Source: Poseidonia sp.
GTDB lineage: Archaea; Thermoplasmatota; Poseidoniia; Poseidoniales; Poseidoniaceae
Reading direction: 5' to 3'
Assembly: GCA_030829545.1 (NCBI GenBank)
Contig: JAURAI010000001.1
Span: forward strand, 70,234 to 134,233
DNA: 64,000 nt
The notes beneath the pieces were generated by a model that was not told the origin of the DNA, did not search any database, and worked only from the letters and a program-made list of their open reading frames with translations. The position numbers and the translations under genes were made by a program. Shown here one piece after another: positions 50,376 through 60,085 of the stretch. Positions within the stretch are counted from its first letter, which is position 1; each line of letters starts with the position of its first letter.

Positions 50376-50618
50376 ATGACCGAGGCAACCACGCTCATGG
50401 GACGAACTGAAGAGCGAGAGAAAGCATACCCGTTGTGGATTGAGCGGGTTCTTCTCCTTGTTGCAGGAGTCGTTGTTATTCTCTATTCTCCAAAGATAAA
50501 CGCATCTATTGACCATGCGTGGATGGGGCCATTCGTGGCCTACATCGCTGTTCCTTTGGCATTGCTCGCTGCTGTTGAATTGATGGGCCGTTTTGTCCAA
50601 GGACGGCAAGGCTCATAA
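50376..50618 (+). CDS. Small 2-TM membrane protein
   Basis: GAGGTG SD overlapping the upstream stop; two hydrophobic helices. Confidence 0.7.
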   Translation: MTEATTLMGRTEEREKAYPLWIERVLLLVAGVVVILYSPKINASIDHAWMGPFVAYIAVPLALLAAVELMGRFVQGRQGS

Positions 50619-51830
50619 TTGACTGAAATCCTTTGACGCAGGCTCTGGTTCAACCAGATTGCTACGTGATTGTATCAATCCAATGACACGCTGCCAAGGG
50701 ATAAAGAAACGGAGAACAGCCATCAAGCTCAAGAATAACAAAGCTGAGATGACCAAGCCATAGGTCAATGTCAATTCAATCGATTCAGAGACTTGACCCG
50801 CCCATTGACTTCCCGTGGTATCCGATACAATAGTCAACAAGACCTTGTGGAAGCCAAGAGCCACCATCGTGGCAATACCGGTTAATCCGAGGAACAGGAA
50901 AGTGTGTCTCAAGTGCGTGTTGAGGACGTTGTCCATTTGGCGGACATATTCCGGGTCACGCTTGCATGATTCAGGGAGTCGGAAAGCGTATTCGAGGTTG
51001 CGAATAACGCCGTAACTTGCTTCCTGGAAAACCATGATCAAAACGGCGATGAGGATGAGATTGAATTGCTCTTGCGTCACCAATTTAAGCCCGAAGAGAC
51101 CGATGGTTGGATCTGAAGTTTGGCTCTCAAGGACGGCAAGTGTTCCTCCGTAGGACCCCAATTGCGATTTGATGAGCGGGAAGGTCAGGATGGCATGTAT
51201 TCCCAAGAACAGGAGGGTGAATCCAATCGCCCAGGCGATGGAGCGGCGGGACAGACCCCATATTCCTCGAGTGCCCATGATAACGGGGAGGAGATAAATG
51301 AACATGATGAGCAGTGACATGATCATCAATAAGGGCCACTGAAGTGTTTGCAATTCTGAATCAGTGGGCAAGCGTAAATCAAAGGAAAAGAGCATGCCGG
51401 CCAACCACGAGAGAGTCAGACGACCGATCAGCAAAACGATGAGGCCGATAATGAAACCCAATTTGATACGTTGCTGGACCTTTGGTATTTGGAATGCGAG
51501 GAAGGCCATTGCACCACCGAGGCTCAGTCCGAGGACCATGGGGACAAAGAAACGGGCAAGGCCTGAGCGACCTTCTCCAGTGAGCCAATCACCCAAGGGT
51601 AATTGGTCGGAGATGAGCAATTCAATGGTATCGAAAAGAATCGTGTGGTCGATGGAGCCAACAACATAGGTAGAGACCACTTCGAGGTACATTCCAATCA
51701 AGGCTACCGTTGCAACCACTTGCAGTGTAATGATTTGCCATTGGCGACGGAGGTTCTTGAGATGAAGCGTACGTGGACGCGCCGTTCCTTCAAGGAGGAC
51801 ATCTGACTGAAGACCAACTTCACCTGCCAT
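50613..51830 (-). CDS. Polytopic membrane protein of unknown function
   Basis: 405 aa, about 8-9 TM helices; starts 1 nt after the DUF58 gene. Confidence 0.8.
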   Translation of the reverse strand: MAGEVGLQSDVLLEGTARPRTLHLKNLRRQWQIITLQVVATVALIGMYLEVVSTYVVGSIDHTILFDTIELLISDQLPLGDWLTGEGRSGLARFFVPMVLGLSLGGAMAFLAFQIPKVQQRIKLGFIIGLIVLLIGRLTLSWLAGMLFSFDLRLPTDSELQTLQWPLLMIMSLLIMFIYLLPVIMGTRGIWGLSRRSIAWAIGFTLLFLGIHAILTFPLIKSQLGSYGGTLAVLESQTSDPTIGLFGLKLVTQEQFNLILIAVLIMVFQEASYGVIRNLEYAFRLPESCKRDPEYVRQMDNVLNTHLRHTFLFLGLTGIATMVALGFHKVLLTIVSDTTGSQWAGQVSESIELTLTYGLVISALLFLSLMAVLRFFIPWQRVIGLIQSRSNLVEPEPASKDFSQL

Positions 51831-51831
51831 C

Positions 51832-53085
51832 TTAGTACCCCCTTACCTGCATCAATGCCTGTGATAAATCCATGTCAGGCATCCAATCGATGACCTGTGC
51901 GCCTGAACCTGCCAAGGTGGTCAAACGATTCTGACGTTCCAGTTTGAGCACTTCGTAGGACATACGAGGAATACGGCTGACCAAGCGTTCAAAGTCAACG
52001 CTTGAAGGTGACAGGACCGTGACTTCGTGGCCTCGTCCTACCAAATCACGTACGGCGGCAGGAACGGTTCCATCGCCTTCACACGATGAGATGATGAAGA
52101 CAGGACTTCCCCTGCTAAATCGCCCACTCAGAGAGTTTGTGACCGCTTGAAGGGGCATTTCCCCTTTCGGTGTAACGCCTGCAAGGGCGCTGAGGATTTT
52201 GAAATACTGCTTGTCACCCGTATCGGGAGGAAGGTAGGATAGTTTCTCGTCGTATATCGCCAAAGCAACCGAATCTCGACGTTGCAGGAAGAAGGCTGCG
52301 AGACTGGCTGCAGATACAGTACCCATTTCGAGAGGATTCTTGAGAACCGTCCCAATACGCGCCAAATCACGACTGTCCAAAATCAAGAACAGGTCTGTTA
52401 CGGCGTCACGGCACTTTTCGTTGACCATCAGTTCGCCGGTACGAGCGTATGCTTTCCAATTGATATTCTTGAACGGGTCTCCGGGAACGTATTCCCTTAG
52501 TGAGTAGAATTCAGAGCCTTGTCCTGGTGTTCTTAGCGTGGTAGCACCGGTGTACATCTTAGGGGTACGACTTCGCAAAAATGCTTCTTCAATGTCCTTG
52601 ATTTGCGGGAAGATGACGATATCGCTGTGGTGGTCAACATACATCTCTTCAACGCCGAGGTTGAAGGTATTGCGAGCCCGGAGGGACACTGGGCCAATGG
52701 AATAGTGGCCGCGCAGTGGGCAGCGTAGAACGTAACGAATGCGTGCGCTCTCGCCTGGTTTGAGGTTCAATTGCATCTGATTGAGTCCACTTCGTAGTTT
52801 CATTTCATGAGGAATGTTATCGTAAATATCCAGCATCTGAGTTTTCCGATTGCTGCGGTTTGTTACGAGCAGTTCAACGTAGAGGTCGTCGCCCTTGTAC
52901 AAATTGTCGGCAGAAAGAGTGCGCTGTACTTCGACATCACCGTGGCCTGAAATCCATGAATTCACGACGATAAAAGCAACGAGGCTCAATCCGAGGATCA
53001 TCATTTGTTGATTGGAAATCATCATCCCAATCAGGACCAGAGCAATCCCTCCAGTGAAGGTAAATGCTGCTTTACGAGTCCACAT
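51832..53085 (-). CDS. DUF58 (MoxR-associated, vWA-like) protein
   Basis: RGHYSIGPV, GQGSEFYSLREYVPGDPFKNINWKAYAR, ILDS. Confidence 0.9.
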   Translation of the reverse strand: MWTRKAAFTFTGGIALVLIGMMISNQQMMILGLSLVAFIVVNSWISGHGDVEVQRTLSADNLYKGDDLYVELLVTNRSNRKTQMLDIYDNIPHEMKLRSGLNQMQLNLKPGESARIRYVLRCPLRGHYSIGPVSLRARNTFNLGVEEMYVDHHSDIVIFPQIKDIEEAFLRSRTPKMYTGATTLRTPGQGSEFYSLREYVPGDPFKNINWKAYARTGELMVNEKCRDAVTDLFLILDSRDLARIGTVLKNPLEMGTVSAASLAAFFLQRRDSVALAIYDEKLSYLPPDTGDKQYFKILSALAGVTPKGEMPLQAVTNSLSGRFSRGSPVFIISSCEGDGTVPAAVRDLVGRGHEVTVLSPSSVDFERLVSRIPRMSYEVLKLERQNRLTTLAGSGAQVIDWMPDMDLSQALMQVRGY

Positions 53086-53094
53086 GATACCACC

Positions 53095-54708
53095 TCACTG
53101 ACGTCCCCACGCCTTGATTCGTTTGACCAGAGCAACCGTTTGTTCAAGCGTGTATCTGTTGCTTGCTTCAACGGCGAATTTAGCCAACACCGGGTCGTTG
53201 ATCATCGAAACCAACTCGTTTGCCTTCATCGCTTGGAACTCTTCTCGATTCAACCCGTTCTGGTTACGAACCTTGGAAAGGAAGACTTGGCGAATTTTCT
53301 CCACTTTGGAGTAGTATGCATACCGGTTGGCATCACCAAATCCATAGTAGATGATGCTGAAAACGTGGCGCCAAGGTTCAGGGTCACGTTTCTTGATGAG
53401 GACCGCTTCAAAGGTGATAAAGAGAATCAGGAAGAGAAGAAGCATAGCAAGTCCTTCTCCTGTGAAGTAGACCAAGAGGAAGTAAACGGTGTTGTAAGAA
53501 TCAGCAGCCAGTGCGCTTTGGGGGTGGCGTGATTCGTCAAAGATGACCATGGCGTTTTCTGCGGGTTGTCCTTCCTCACCGATCAGTTCGCTCATCAGGG
53601 CTTCTGCAATGAAGTCAAGTGCCCATTTACGATTGTCATTCTGAGGCATCAAGGTGGCTGTTTCACCGTACTCACCATCGTTGAACCCTTCATAATCGTA
53701 CATGGCATTGATCAGCGCAGAACCATCGGCGATGAACAAAACACGCCCTCCGTCACTTGGTGAACAACTTGCCCTCGCACACGCTTCGATGCTGAGGTTG
53801 AATTGACCCCAGCGGTCGGGAGTCTCAGGTGTGATTTCATTGCCAACCCAGATTTCTCCATCACCGTTGACGTCAACGGTAGCCTCGTTGCTGGTAAGAG
53901 CCCGTATGGCAACTTCGGTCAATGGACCTCTCACTCCTGGAATGACTTCCAATCCAGTAATGTTGTTGAGCAACATTTGGTAGGTTGCGTTGTATTCAAC
54001 GATGCCGCCTACGAGATGGTGAGCGCACAAGCCCGCTTGGGATTCAGACAAACTTTGACCGTCAAGTTTTGCACACGGGTGCTCACCAGGCCCGTCTGGC
54101 ACACCCCATCGACTGTGAGTGGAGAGGGTTGTTGGGTCAACTTCGGTGCCGTTCATTCCGCAAGGATTGGACTGGACGCACATCCAGATGTAATTGTAAT
54201 CAAGTTCAGCGACGTATGTTGTGTCAAAGACCTGTTCACCAGTATAGCGAATTCCAAAGGCCTCAGCGATGGTGTTGGCATATCCGTAATCCTCGAGAAT
54301 GAGGGCTGTGCCGCCCGCTTCAACAAATTCAACAATCGCATTGATCTCTGAAGGAGAAAACCCATTGCCAGATGCGATCGTGATGAAACCATCTTCGTCA
54401 AATTGAGGCAAGGTGAGGGTGTCACGTTCAACACCTGCGAGGACGTAGGTCGTGTTACGTGGGTCCTCGATATCGGCGAGCAAAAGTGGACTGCTCACCA
54501 AAGAACGGGTGTCGATATTCATGGCGCGGATGTCTTCACGGAAGGCTGACATATCGTTCCAATCATCGTCATAGGCTGATAGTTGGTTGGTGGCACTGAT
54601 GTTGATGAAATTCGACATAATCGTGAGAAGAAGAATCAACATTACTCCCCAAAACGAAGCTTGGAGGGCGAGCCTCCGAGCGTTGAAATTGGCGGGGAGT
54701 CCTAGCAT
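53095..54708 (-). CDS. DUF4350-like (GATase1-like) extracytoplasmic protein
   Basis: LSAYDDDWNDMS, EINAIVEFVEAGGTALILED, GRVLFIADGSALIN, DN, VIFDESRH; TM helices at both ends; start 54708 or 54714. Confidence 0.75.
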   Translation of the reverse strand: MLGLPANFNARRLALQASFWGVMLILLLTIMSNFINISATNQLSAYDDDWNDMSAFREDIRAMNIDTRSLVSSPLLLADIEDPRNTTYVLAGVERDTLTLPQFDEDGFITIASGNGFSPSEINAIVEFVEAGGTALILEDYGYANTIAEAFGIRYTGEQVFDTTYVAELDYNYIWMCVQSNPCGMNGTEVDPTTLSTHSRWGVPDGPGEHPCAKLDGQSLSESQAGLCAHHLVGGIVEYNATYQMLLNNITGLEVIPGVRGPLTEVAIRALTSNEATVDVNGDGEIWVGNEITPETPDRWGQFNLSIEACARASCSPSDGGRVLFIADGSALINAMYDYEGFNDGEYGETATLMPQNDNRKWALDFIAEALMSELIGEEGQPAENAMVIFDESRHPQSALAADSYNTVYFLLVYFTGEGLAMLLLFLILFITFEAVLIKKRDPEPWRHVFSIIYYGFGDANRYAYYSKVEKIRQVFLSKVRNQNGLNREEFQAMKANELVSMINDPVLAKFAVEASNRYTLEQTVALVKRIKAWGRQ

Positions 54709-54811
54709 GCACATCACAAGGGATAAGGTTCCCAAATCAGCACGGGCTCCTATGACTTTAGAAGGTTGTCCACCTTCGTGGAGAAAATGCTCATCTCCAT
54801 TCGAGCGCAAT

Positions 54812-55051
54812 TCATTGATTGAGGTGAATTTTAGCAGCGATTCTTGAGATTGAGGAAGATGGGATCTTCACCGTGCTTTGATCGTGCTCAAAAGGAAGGG
54901 CTGAGGGGTCAACCGTTGCTTCAACACTCACGACGAGATCACTGAGCATACCGGTGTTGAGGTCAAAATGAATGTCTTTGAGGTGTCCAAGGAGCGCACC
55001 CGTGCGGTCCACGACCTCTCTTCCAATCACTTCCCGCCCGAAGATTGCCAT
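54812..55051 (-). CDS. PRC-barrel protein
   Basis: EVIGREVVDRTGALLGHLKDIHFDLNTG...IPSSSI; GGGGTGA SD. Confidence 0.85.
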   Translation of the reverse strand: MAIFGREVIGREVVDRTGALLGHLKDIHFDLNTGMLSDLVVSVEATVDPSALPFEHDQSTVKIPSSSISRIAAKIHLNQ

Positions 55052-55118
55052 GATTGTCACCCCGCTGTTAAAGTTCCAGCGAAGGAATCCCTTGAATGCG
55101 TCGGTTGGTGAAGCGACA

Positions 55119-57347
55119 TCACATCGTTTCCATGCCGCGGCTGAAGTCTCGGTTTCGCTTGATGTTCGTCAAACCAGAGGTGAGGCGTGTTTCCATCTTT
55201 TGGTAGTATTCCAGCATGTCAGGGGTAACGGTTGGACGAACTCGAGAAATTGCTTCCTCAAAGTGGGCCTTTGTGACCTTCTTCTTGTTGGCACGCATGC
55301 AGATGAGAGCCGCTTCTCGGCAAACTGCTTCGATGTCGGCTCCAGTGAAGCCGTCCATACCTGTCAGGATGTCCTTAAAGGAGAACTTGCTCAGAGGCAT
55401 GCCTTCAGAGTGAATGCCAAAGATGACCTCACGAGCTCCAGCATCGGGCGGGGGCACGTGCAGCACACGTTCAAAGCGGCCGCTACGCAAGAGGGCAGGG
55501 TCAATCATTTCGGGACGATTGGTCGCAGCAACGATGATCACGCCATCAAGCGATTCAACACCATCCATACTGGCCAATAACTGGTTCACAACACGGTTGC
55601 CCACGTCGCTTCCCTCAGAGGCGCTTCCACCACTTCGCATGCTCGCAATGGATTCAAACTCATCAAGGAAAATGATGGAAGGCGAGGATTGCTTTGCTTT
55701 CTTGAAAATTTCTCGGATAGCTCGTTCAGATTCACCCACCCACTTCGAAATCAATTCTGGGCCTTTGATGCTGATGAAGTTCGCTTGTGCTTCGTTAGCA
55801 ATGGCCTTGGCCAAGAGAGTTTTACCCGTACCTGGTGCTCCAAACAGAACAATTCCTCGCGGTGGTTTGATTCCAAAGTGTTCGAACAAGTCTGGCTTGG
55901 TAAGCGGCCATTCAACCGATTCCTTGAGGCGGTCTTTGACCTCGAGCAGGCCACCGACTTCTTCCCAAGAAACCTCGGGAACTTCAACGTAAATCTCACG
56001 GAGCGCTGAAGGTTCAACATCACGAATGGCTTCTTTGAAATCGTCCATGCAGACTTCCATCTTTTCAAGGACCTCTGGAGGCAGTGTTTCCTCTTCAAGG
56101 TCGATTTCGGGGAGGTATCGGCGCAAAGCACGCATGGCCGATTCGCGGACCAAGGCAGCGAGGTCGGCCCCAACAAAGCCGTAGGTATTGTCGAGAACCC
56201 AAGAGATGTTAAAGTCATCTGAAATCGGCATTTGGCGGGTGTGGACATCCATGATTTCACTTCGTCCTTCACGATCGGGCACGCCGATTTCGATTTCTCG
56301 GTCAAAGCGACCGGGTCGTCGCAGGGCTGGGTCGAGTGCGTCTCTTCGGTTGGTGGCACCGATGACAACGACGTTGTCTCGACCTTGCATACCGTCCATG
56401 AGCGTGAGCATTTGCGCGACAACACGTCGTTCAACTTCGCCCGATACGTCTTCACGCTTGGGGCAGATGGAGTCGATTTCGTCGATGAAGATAATCGCTG
56501 GAGAATTTGCCGATGCTTCGTCAAATATTTCTCGGAGCTGCTTTTCTGATTCACCGTAATACTTTGAGATGATTTCAGGTCCGTTGATACTCTTGAAATG
56601 AGCGTTTACCTCGGTTGCAACAGCCTTGGCAATCATCGTTTTACCTGTCCCTGGTGGGCCGTGAAGGAGAACTCCTTTCGGTGGGTCAATGCCCAATCGG
56701 CGGAACAATTCAGGATGCTTGAGCGGCAGTTCAATCATTTCACGGACCTTGAGGAGTTGTTGGCCAATGCCTCCAACATCTTCGTAGGTGATGCCTTCAG
56801 ATTGACCGACATCTTCCTCGGCAACCGCTTCATCTTTGATGATAATCTCGGTGTCAGTCGTGACTTTGACAATGCCTTTTGGAACGGTTTGAACGACGGC
56901 AAAGGGAAGCGCTTCAGCAAACAGTGTCATCCCTGGAATGAAGATGCGATCGCCTGCGACCACAGGCCGTTTGGCGAGGCCACGCTTGGCAAAGCCTTCA
57001 ATGCCCGGCCCAAATTTGACTTTCTGCTTGTTCGCCATCACAGGAGAGATGGTCAATTTGGTGCACTCCTTGGCTTCGACTTTTCGAACTGTCACACGGT
57101 CACCGAGGCTGACACCAGCGTTTTTGCGGATGATACCGTCAACTCTGATGATGTCCATTTTTGCATCCTCGGGCCGGCTACGCCAGTAAATGGCAGCAGT
57201 GGAGCGCTCGTCCCCACTGATTTCTACAATGTCACCTGGCTTGAGGTCAAGACCCATCTCAGAGGATATGCGGGCTCGGCCGTGACCCACGTCAGATGGT
57301 ATGGCCTTTGATACACGTACTTCAATGGATTTGTCTTTGTCCGCCAT
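55119..57347 (-). CDS. cdc48: CDC48/VAT family AAA+ ATPase
   Basis: N-domain plus two AAA modules (GPPGTGKT, GAPGTGKT), ALRRPGRFDRE, ALLRSGRF. Confidence 0.97.
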   Translation of the reverse strand: MADKDKSIEVRVSKAIPSDVGHGRARISSEMGLDLKPGDIVEISGDERSTAAIYWRSRPEDAKMDIIRVDGIIRKNAGVSLGDRVTVRKVEAKECTKLTISPVMANKQKVKFGPGIEGFAKRGLAKRPVVAGDRIFIPGMTLFAEALPFAVVQTVPKGIVKVTTDTEIIIKDEAVAEEDVGQSEGITYEDVGGIGQQLLKVREMIELPLKHPELFRRLGIDPPKGVLLHGPPGTGKTMIAKAVATEVNAHFKSINGPEIISKYYGESEKQLREIFDEASANSPAIIFIDEIDSICPKREDVSGEVERRVVAQMLTLMDGMQGRDNVVVIGATNRRDALDPALRRPGRFDREIEIGVPDREGRSEIMDVHTRQMPISDDFNISWVLDNTYGFVGADLAALVRESAMRALRRYLPEIDLEEETLPPEVLEKMEVCMDDFKEAIRDVEPSALREIYVEVPEVSWEEVGGLLEVKDRLKESVEWPLTKPDLFEHFGIKPPRGIVLFGAPGTGKTLLAKAIANEAQANFISIKGPELISKWVGESERAIREIFKKAKQSSPSIIFLDEFESIASMRSGGSASEGSDVGNRVVNQLLASMDGVESLDGVIIVAATNRPEMIDPALLRSGRFERVLHVPPPDAGAREVIFGIHSEGMPLSKFSFKDILTGMDGFTGADIEAVCREAALICMRANKKKVTKAHFEEAISRVRPTVTPDMLEYYQKMETRLTSGLTNIKRNRDFSRGMETM

Positions 57348-57543
57348 ACTGTTCTCTCCTGTCTATTTTTGTTGATACTTTGACGGTATATTAACGCACG
57401 CCATCAAGGATTTCGCCCCGCATCGGAAGGAATAACCTGTGCAGGGGACTATAAACCCGAGGACGAATTTGTTTTGGGACTCTTCTCACTCTTCATTCAA
57501 GCCAGCCATCACATTCAAGAGACGCATATGGGTCGCTCACAAC

Positions 57544-59172
57544 ATGGTTCATGTTCTTGAAACTGGTCTGGAATTCATCCAAGCAAATAACCCAAACGGC
57601 AAACCCTCAGTACGAGGCTTCAACATTATCAACGGCCAGTTAGCAAATGCCAGTGACGGAAAAAGTTTCCAATCCACCAACCCCGCTCTTCTTGCAGATT
57701 GCCTTGGTGAATTCCCGCTTTCGACCCGAGAGGACGTCCACGCTGCCCTCAACGCAGCCCATGCAGCATTCCCTGCTTGGTCGGCAACCCCCGCACCAAC
57801 CCGTGGCCAAATCATCGGAAACATGGGACGTTTGCTCATGGAACACAAAGACGACCTTGTGGCTCTTGAAACACGTGAAATTGGTAAAACACTCAAAGAA
57901 TCTGGAGGCGAAATCCAAGAAGCAATCGATACGTGTTTATTCTTCCAATCCGAAGGGCGGCGCCTCTACGGTCAAACCGTCAATTCGGAATTGCCCGACA
58001 AGGAATTGTTCACCTACCGCCGCGCCTTGGGTGTCTGCGGCATCATCAATGCGTGTAACTTCCCGTCCGCAGTCCCCTTCTGGAAGATGATTCCAGCCAT
58101 CATGTGCGGCAACACCTGTGTTTGGAAGAGCCCCCAAGATGCTCCGCTCCTTTCCTTCGCTCTTGCTCGCATCATGCACCAAGCAGGCCTGCCAGACGGC
58201 GTCATCAACCTCGTTCACGGCAAGGGAAGCGGTGCTGGCCAGTACCTCGTTGATGCTGTTGACGAAGGCTTGGTCAACAAGATCTCCTTCACGGGTTCAA
58301 CTGAAGTTGGCAAGATGATCGGTGAAGTATGTGGGCGAAACTTGGTTTCATGCTCGCTCGAACTTGGCGGAAAAAACCCGCTCGTCGTTATGCCATCCGC
58401 CAACCTCGACAACGCAGTTGAGGGTGCCTATTGGGGCGCCTTTGGGACCGCTGGCCAACGCTGCACAAGCCTCGGCAACCTCATTGTCCACGAAAGCATC
58501 TACGACGCTTTCATGGAGAAGTTCATGGCCAAGGTCAAAACAACCCGTATCGGTGATTCATCCGTTCACAAGGACGTCCTTTACGGACCGATGTTGTCGC
58601 CAAAGTATGCGAAAGATTTCCTCACCGGCCTCGACATGGCGAAAGCCTCTGGAGCAACTCAACTATGGGGTCAGGGAGAAATCACGGCCGACAATCAACC
58701 AGAGAATTTCATGGGAGATGCAACTGAGGGGGTCTTCATGTGGCCTCACGTCTTTGCCGATGTCACCGAAGACATGGATTGCTTCCAAGAAGAAATTTTT
58801 GGACCTGTCGTCACCGTGGTAAAGGCCAAAGATTTCGACCACGCCCTCCACTTGGCCAACGCAAGCCCCTACGGCCTGTCTTCCGCCATCTACACCAACG
58901 ACCGACTTGAGGCATACCGCTACAAGACCGGCATCAAAGCAGGCATGACCGGCATCAACAACTCAACCACGGGCGCTGAAGCTCACCTGCCCTTTGGTGG
59001 CGTGAAAGGATCTGGAAACGGAACACGAGAATCCGGTATTTGGGTTCTCGAAGCATACTCGTACTGGCACGCTGTCAACGATGAACTATCTGGTAAATTG
59101 CAACTCGCCCAGATGGATGTAGACGAAATCGAAATGGTGGAAGCAGAAGTAAATTGGAGCGATTTAGCCTGA
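57544..59172 (+). CDS. Aldehyde dehydrogenase family protein
   Basis: FTGSTEVG, LELGGKNP, GQRCT (catalytic Cys), EEIFGP, PFGGVKGSG; substrate not assignable. Confidence 0.93.
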   Translation: MVHVLETGLEFIQANNPNGKPSVRGFNIINGQLANASDGKSFQSTNPALLADCLGEFPLSTREDVHAALNAAHAAFPAWSATPAPTRGQIIGNMGRLLMEHKDDLVALETREIGKTLKESGGEIQEAIDTCLFFQSEGRRLYGQTVNSELPDKELFTYRRALGVCGIINACNFPSAVPFWKMIPAIMCGNTCVWKSPQDAPLLSFALARIMHQAGLPDGVINLVHGKGSGAGQYLVDAVDEGLVNKISFTGSTEVGKMIGEVCGRNLVSCSLELGGKNPLVVMPSANLDNAVEGAYWGAFGTAGQRCTSLGNLIVHESIYDAFMEKFMAKVKTTRIGDSSVHKDVLYGPMLSPKYAKDFLTGLDMAKASGATQLWGQGEITADNQPENFMGDATEGVFMWPHVFADVTEDMDCFQEEIFGPVVTVVKAKDFDHALHLANASPYGLSSAIYTNDRLEAYRYKTGIKAGMTGINNSTTGAEAHLPFGGVKGSGNGTRESGIWVLEAYSYWHAVNDELSGKLQLAQMDVDEIEMVEAEVNWSDLA

Positions 59173-59266
59173 TTTTCTAACACTTTTACCCTGCGGGTCA
59201 ATGGTGAACCTCAAAGACCCTGCGCTCGTCCCCCCACATATCCCCTTTGGGATATGAGGCGTAATT

Positions 59267-60079
59267 GTGGGTGACGGCATCAAACTTCCAATGCTCAATG
59301 GGTTGGGTCGAACCAACCGAATCGACAACTGGTGGAGTCAACCACTGACCATGGGCATCGCCCTCACAGCGGCCCTCATCTACACCTTTTGGCGTCTGTT
59401 CATCAACGATGCAGATATTTCCTACACACTTCAAGGCAGCACGGTAATGTCGCCCATTTTCTCACCCAACGTACTCGAGTGGGACTTGTTCGGACTTTCT
59501 TCGTGGAATCATCCAGAGTGGGTCAACGCCGCCATCCTGGTTCTGTGGATACCCTTTGGCTTCCGTGGCACCTGCTACTACATGCGTCGCGTCTATTACA
59601 GGACCTTCTTTGCAAGCCCAACAGCGTGCTGGGTGGACGAACCCGACATCAACAAGGCAATCGGTTACAAGGGAGAGAAGCGCCTGTTTATTTTCAACAA
59701 CCTTCACCGCTATTTCCTCTATGCTGCCATGGTCATTCTCGTCATCAAATGGTGGGATGTCACCCACACAATGCACTTCAAAGACACCCACGAATACGGT
59801 GTCTCAATCGGTACCTTCGTGATGGCCATTGAAGCCTTCTTGTTGACCATGTATGTCACATCATGCCACGCACTTCGGCACCTCGCTGGAGGCATGCTCG
59901 ATCGCTGGACCACGGGCATCAGCCGCATCCGTGGACGCTTGTTTGGACGAATAAGCGTCCTCAATCGTTCACACGGCTTTTGGTTTTGGACCTCACTCGT
60001 TTTCGTATTCCTAGGAGACCTTTGGGTACTAGCAGTTGCCGATGGACGCTTCAATGACGTCGTATTGTTCAGTTTTTGA
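59267..60079 (+). CDS. sdhC: Succinate dehydrogenase membrane anchor, mycobacterial Sdh1 (Rv0249c)-like
   Basis: FRGTCYYMRRVYYRTFFASPTAC, NLHRYF, SCHALRHLAGG; directly upstream of sdhAB. Confidence 0.8.
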   Translation: MGDGIKLPMLNGLGRTNRIDNWWSQPLTMGIALTAALIYTFWRLFINDADISYTLQGSTVMSPIFSPNVLEWDLFGLSSWNHPEWVNAAILVLWIPFGFRGTCYYMRRVYYRTFFASPTACWVDEPDINKAIGYKGEKRLFIFNNLHRYFLYAAMVILVIKWWDVTHTMHFKDTHEYGVSIGTFVMAIEAFLLTMYVTSCHALRHLAGGMLDRWTTGISRIRGRLFGRISVLNRSHGFWFWTSLVFVFLGDLWVLAVADGRFNDVVLFSF

Positions 60080-60085
60080 GGTGAG

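Noticed and set aside
55751-57311. Long alternate-frame and antisense ORFs in cdc48 (similarly in thrS, sdhA and others)
   Set aside because: Fully nested in conserved genes, with non-protein-like composition.
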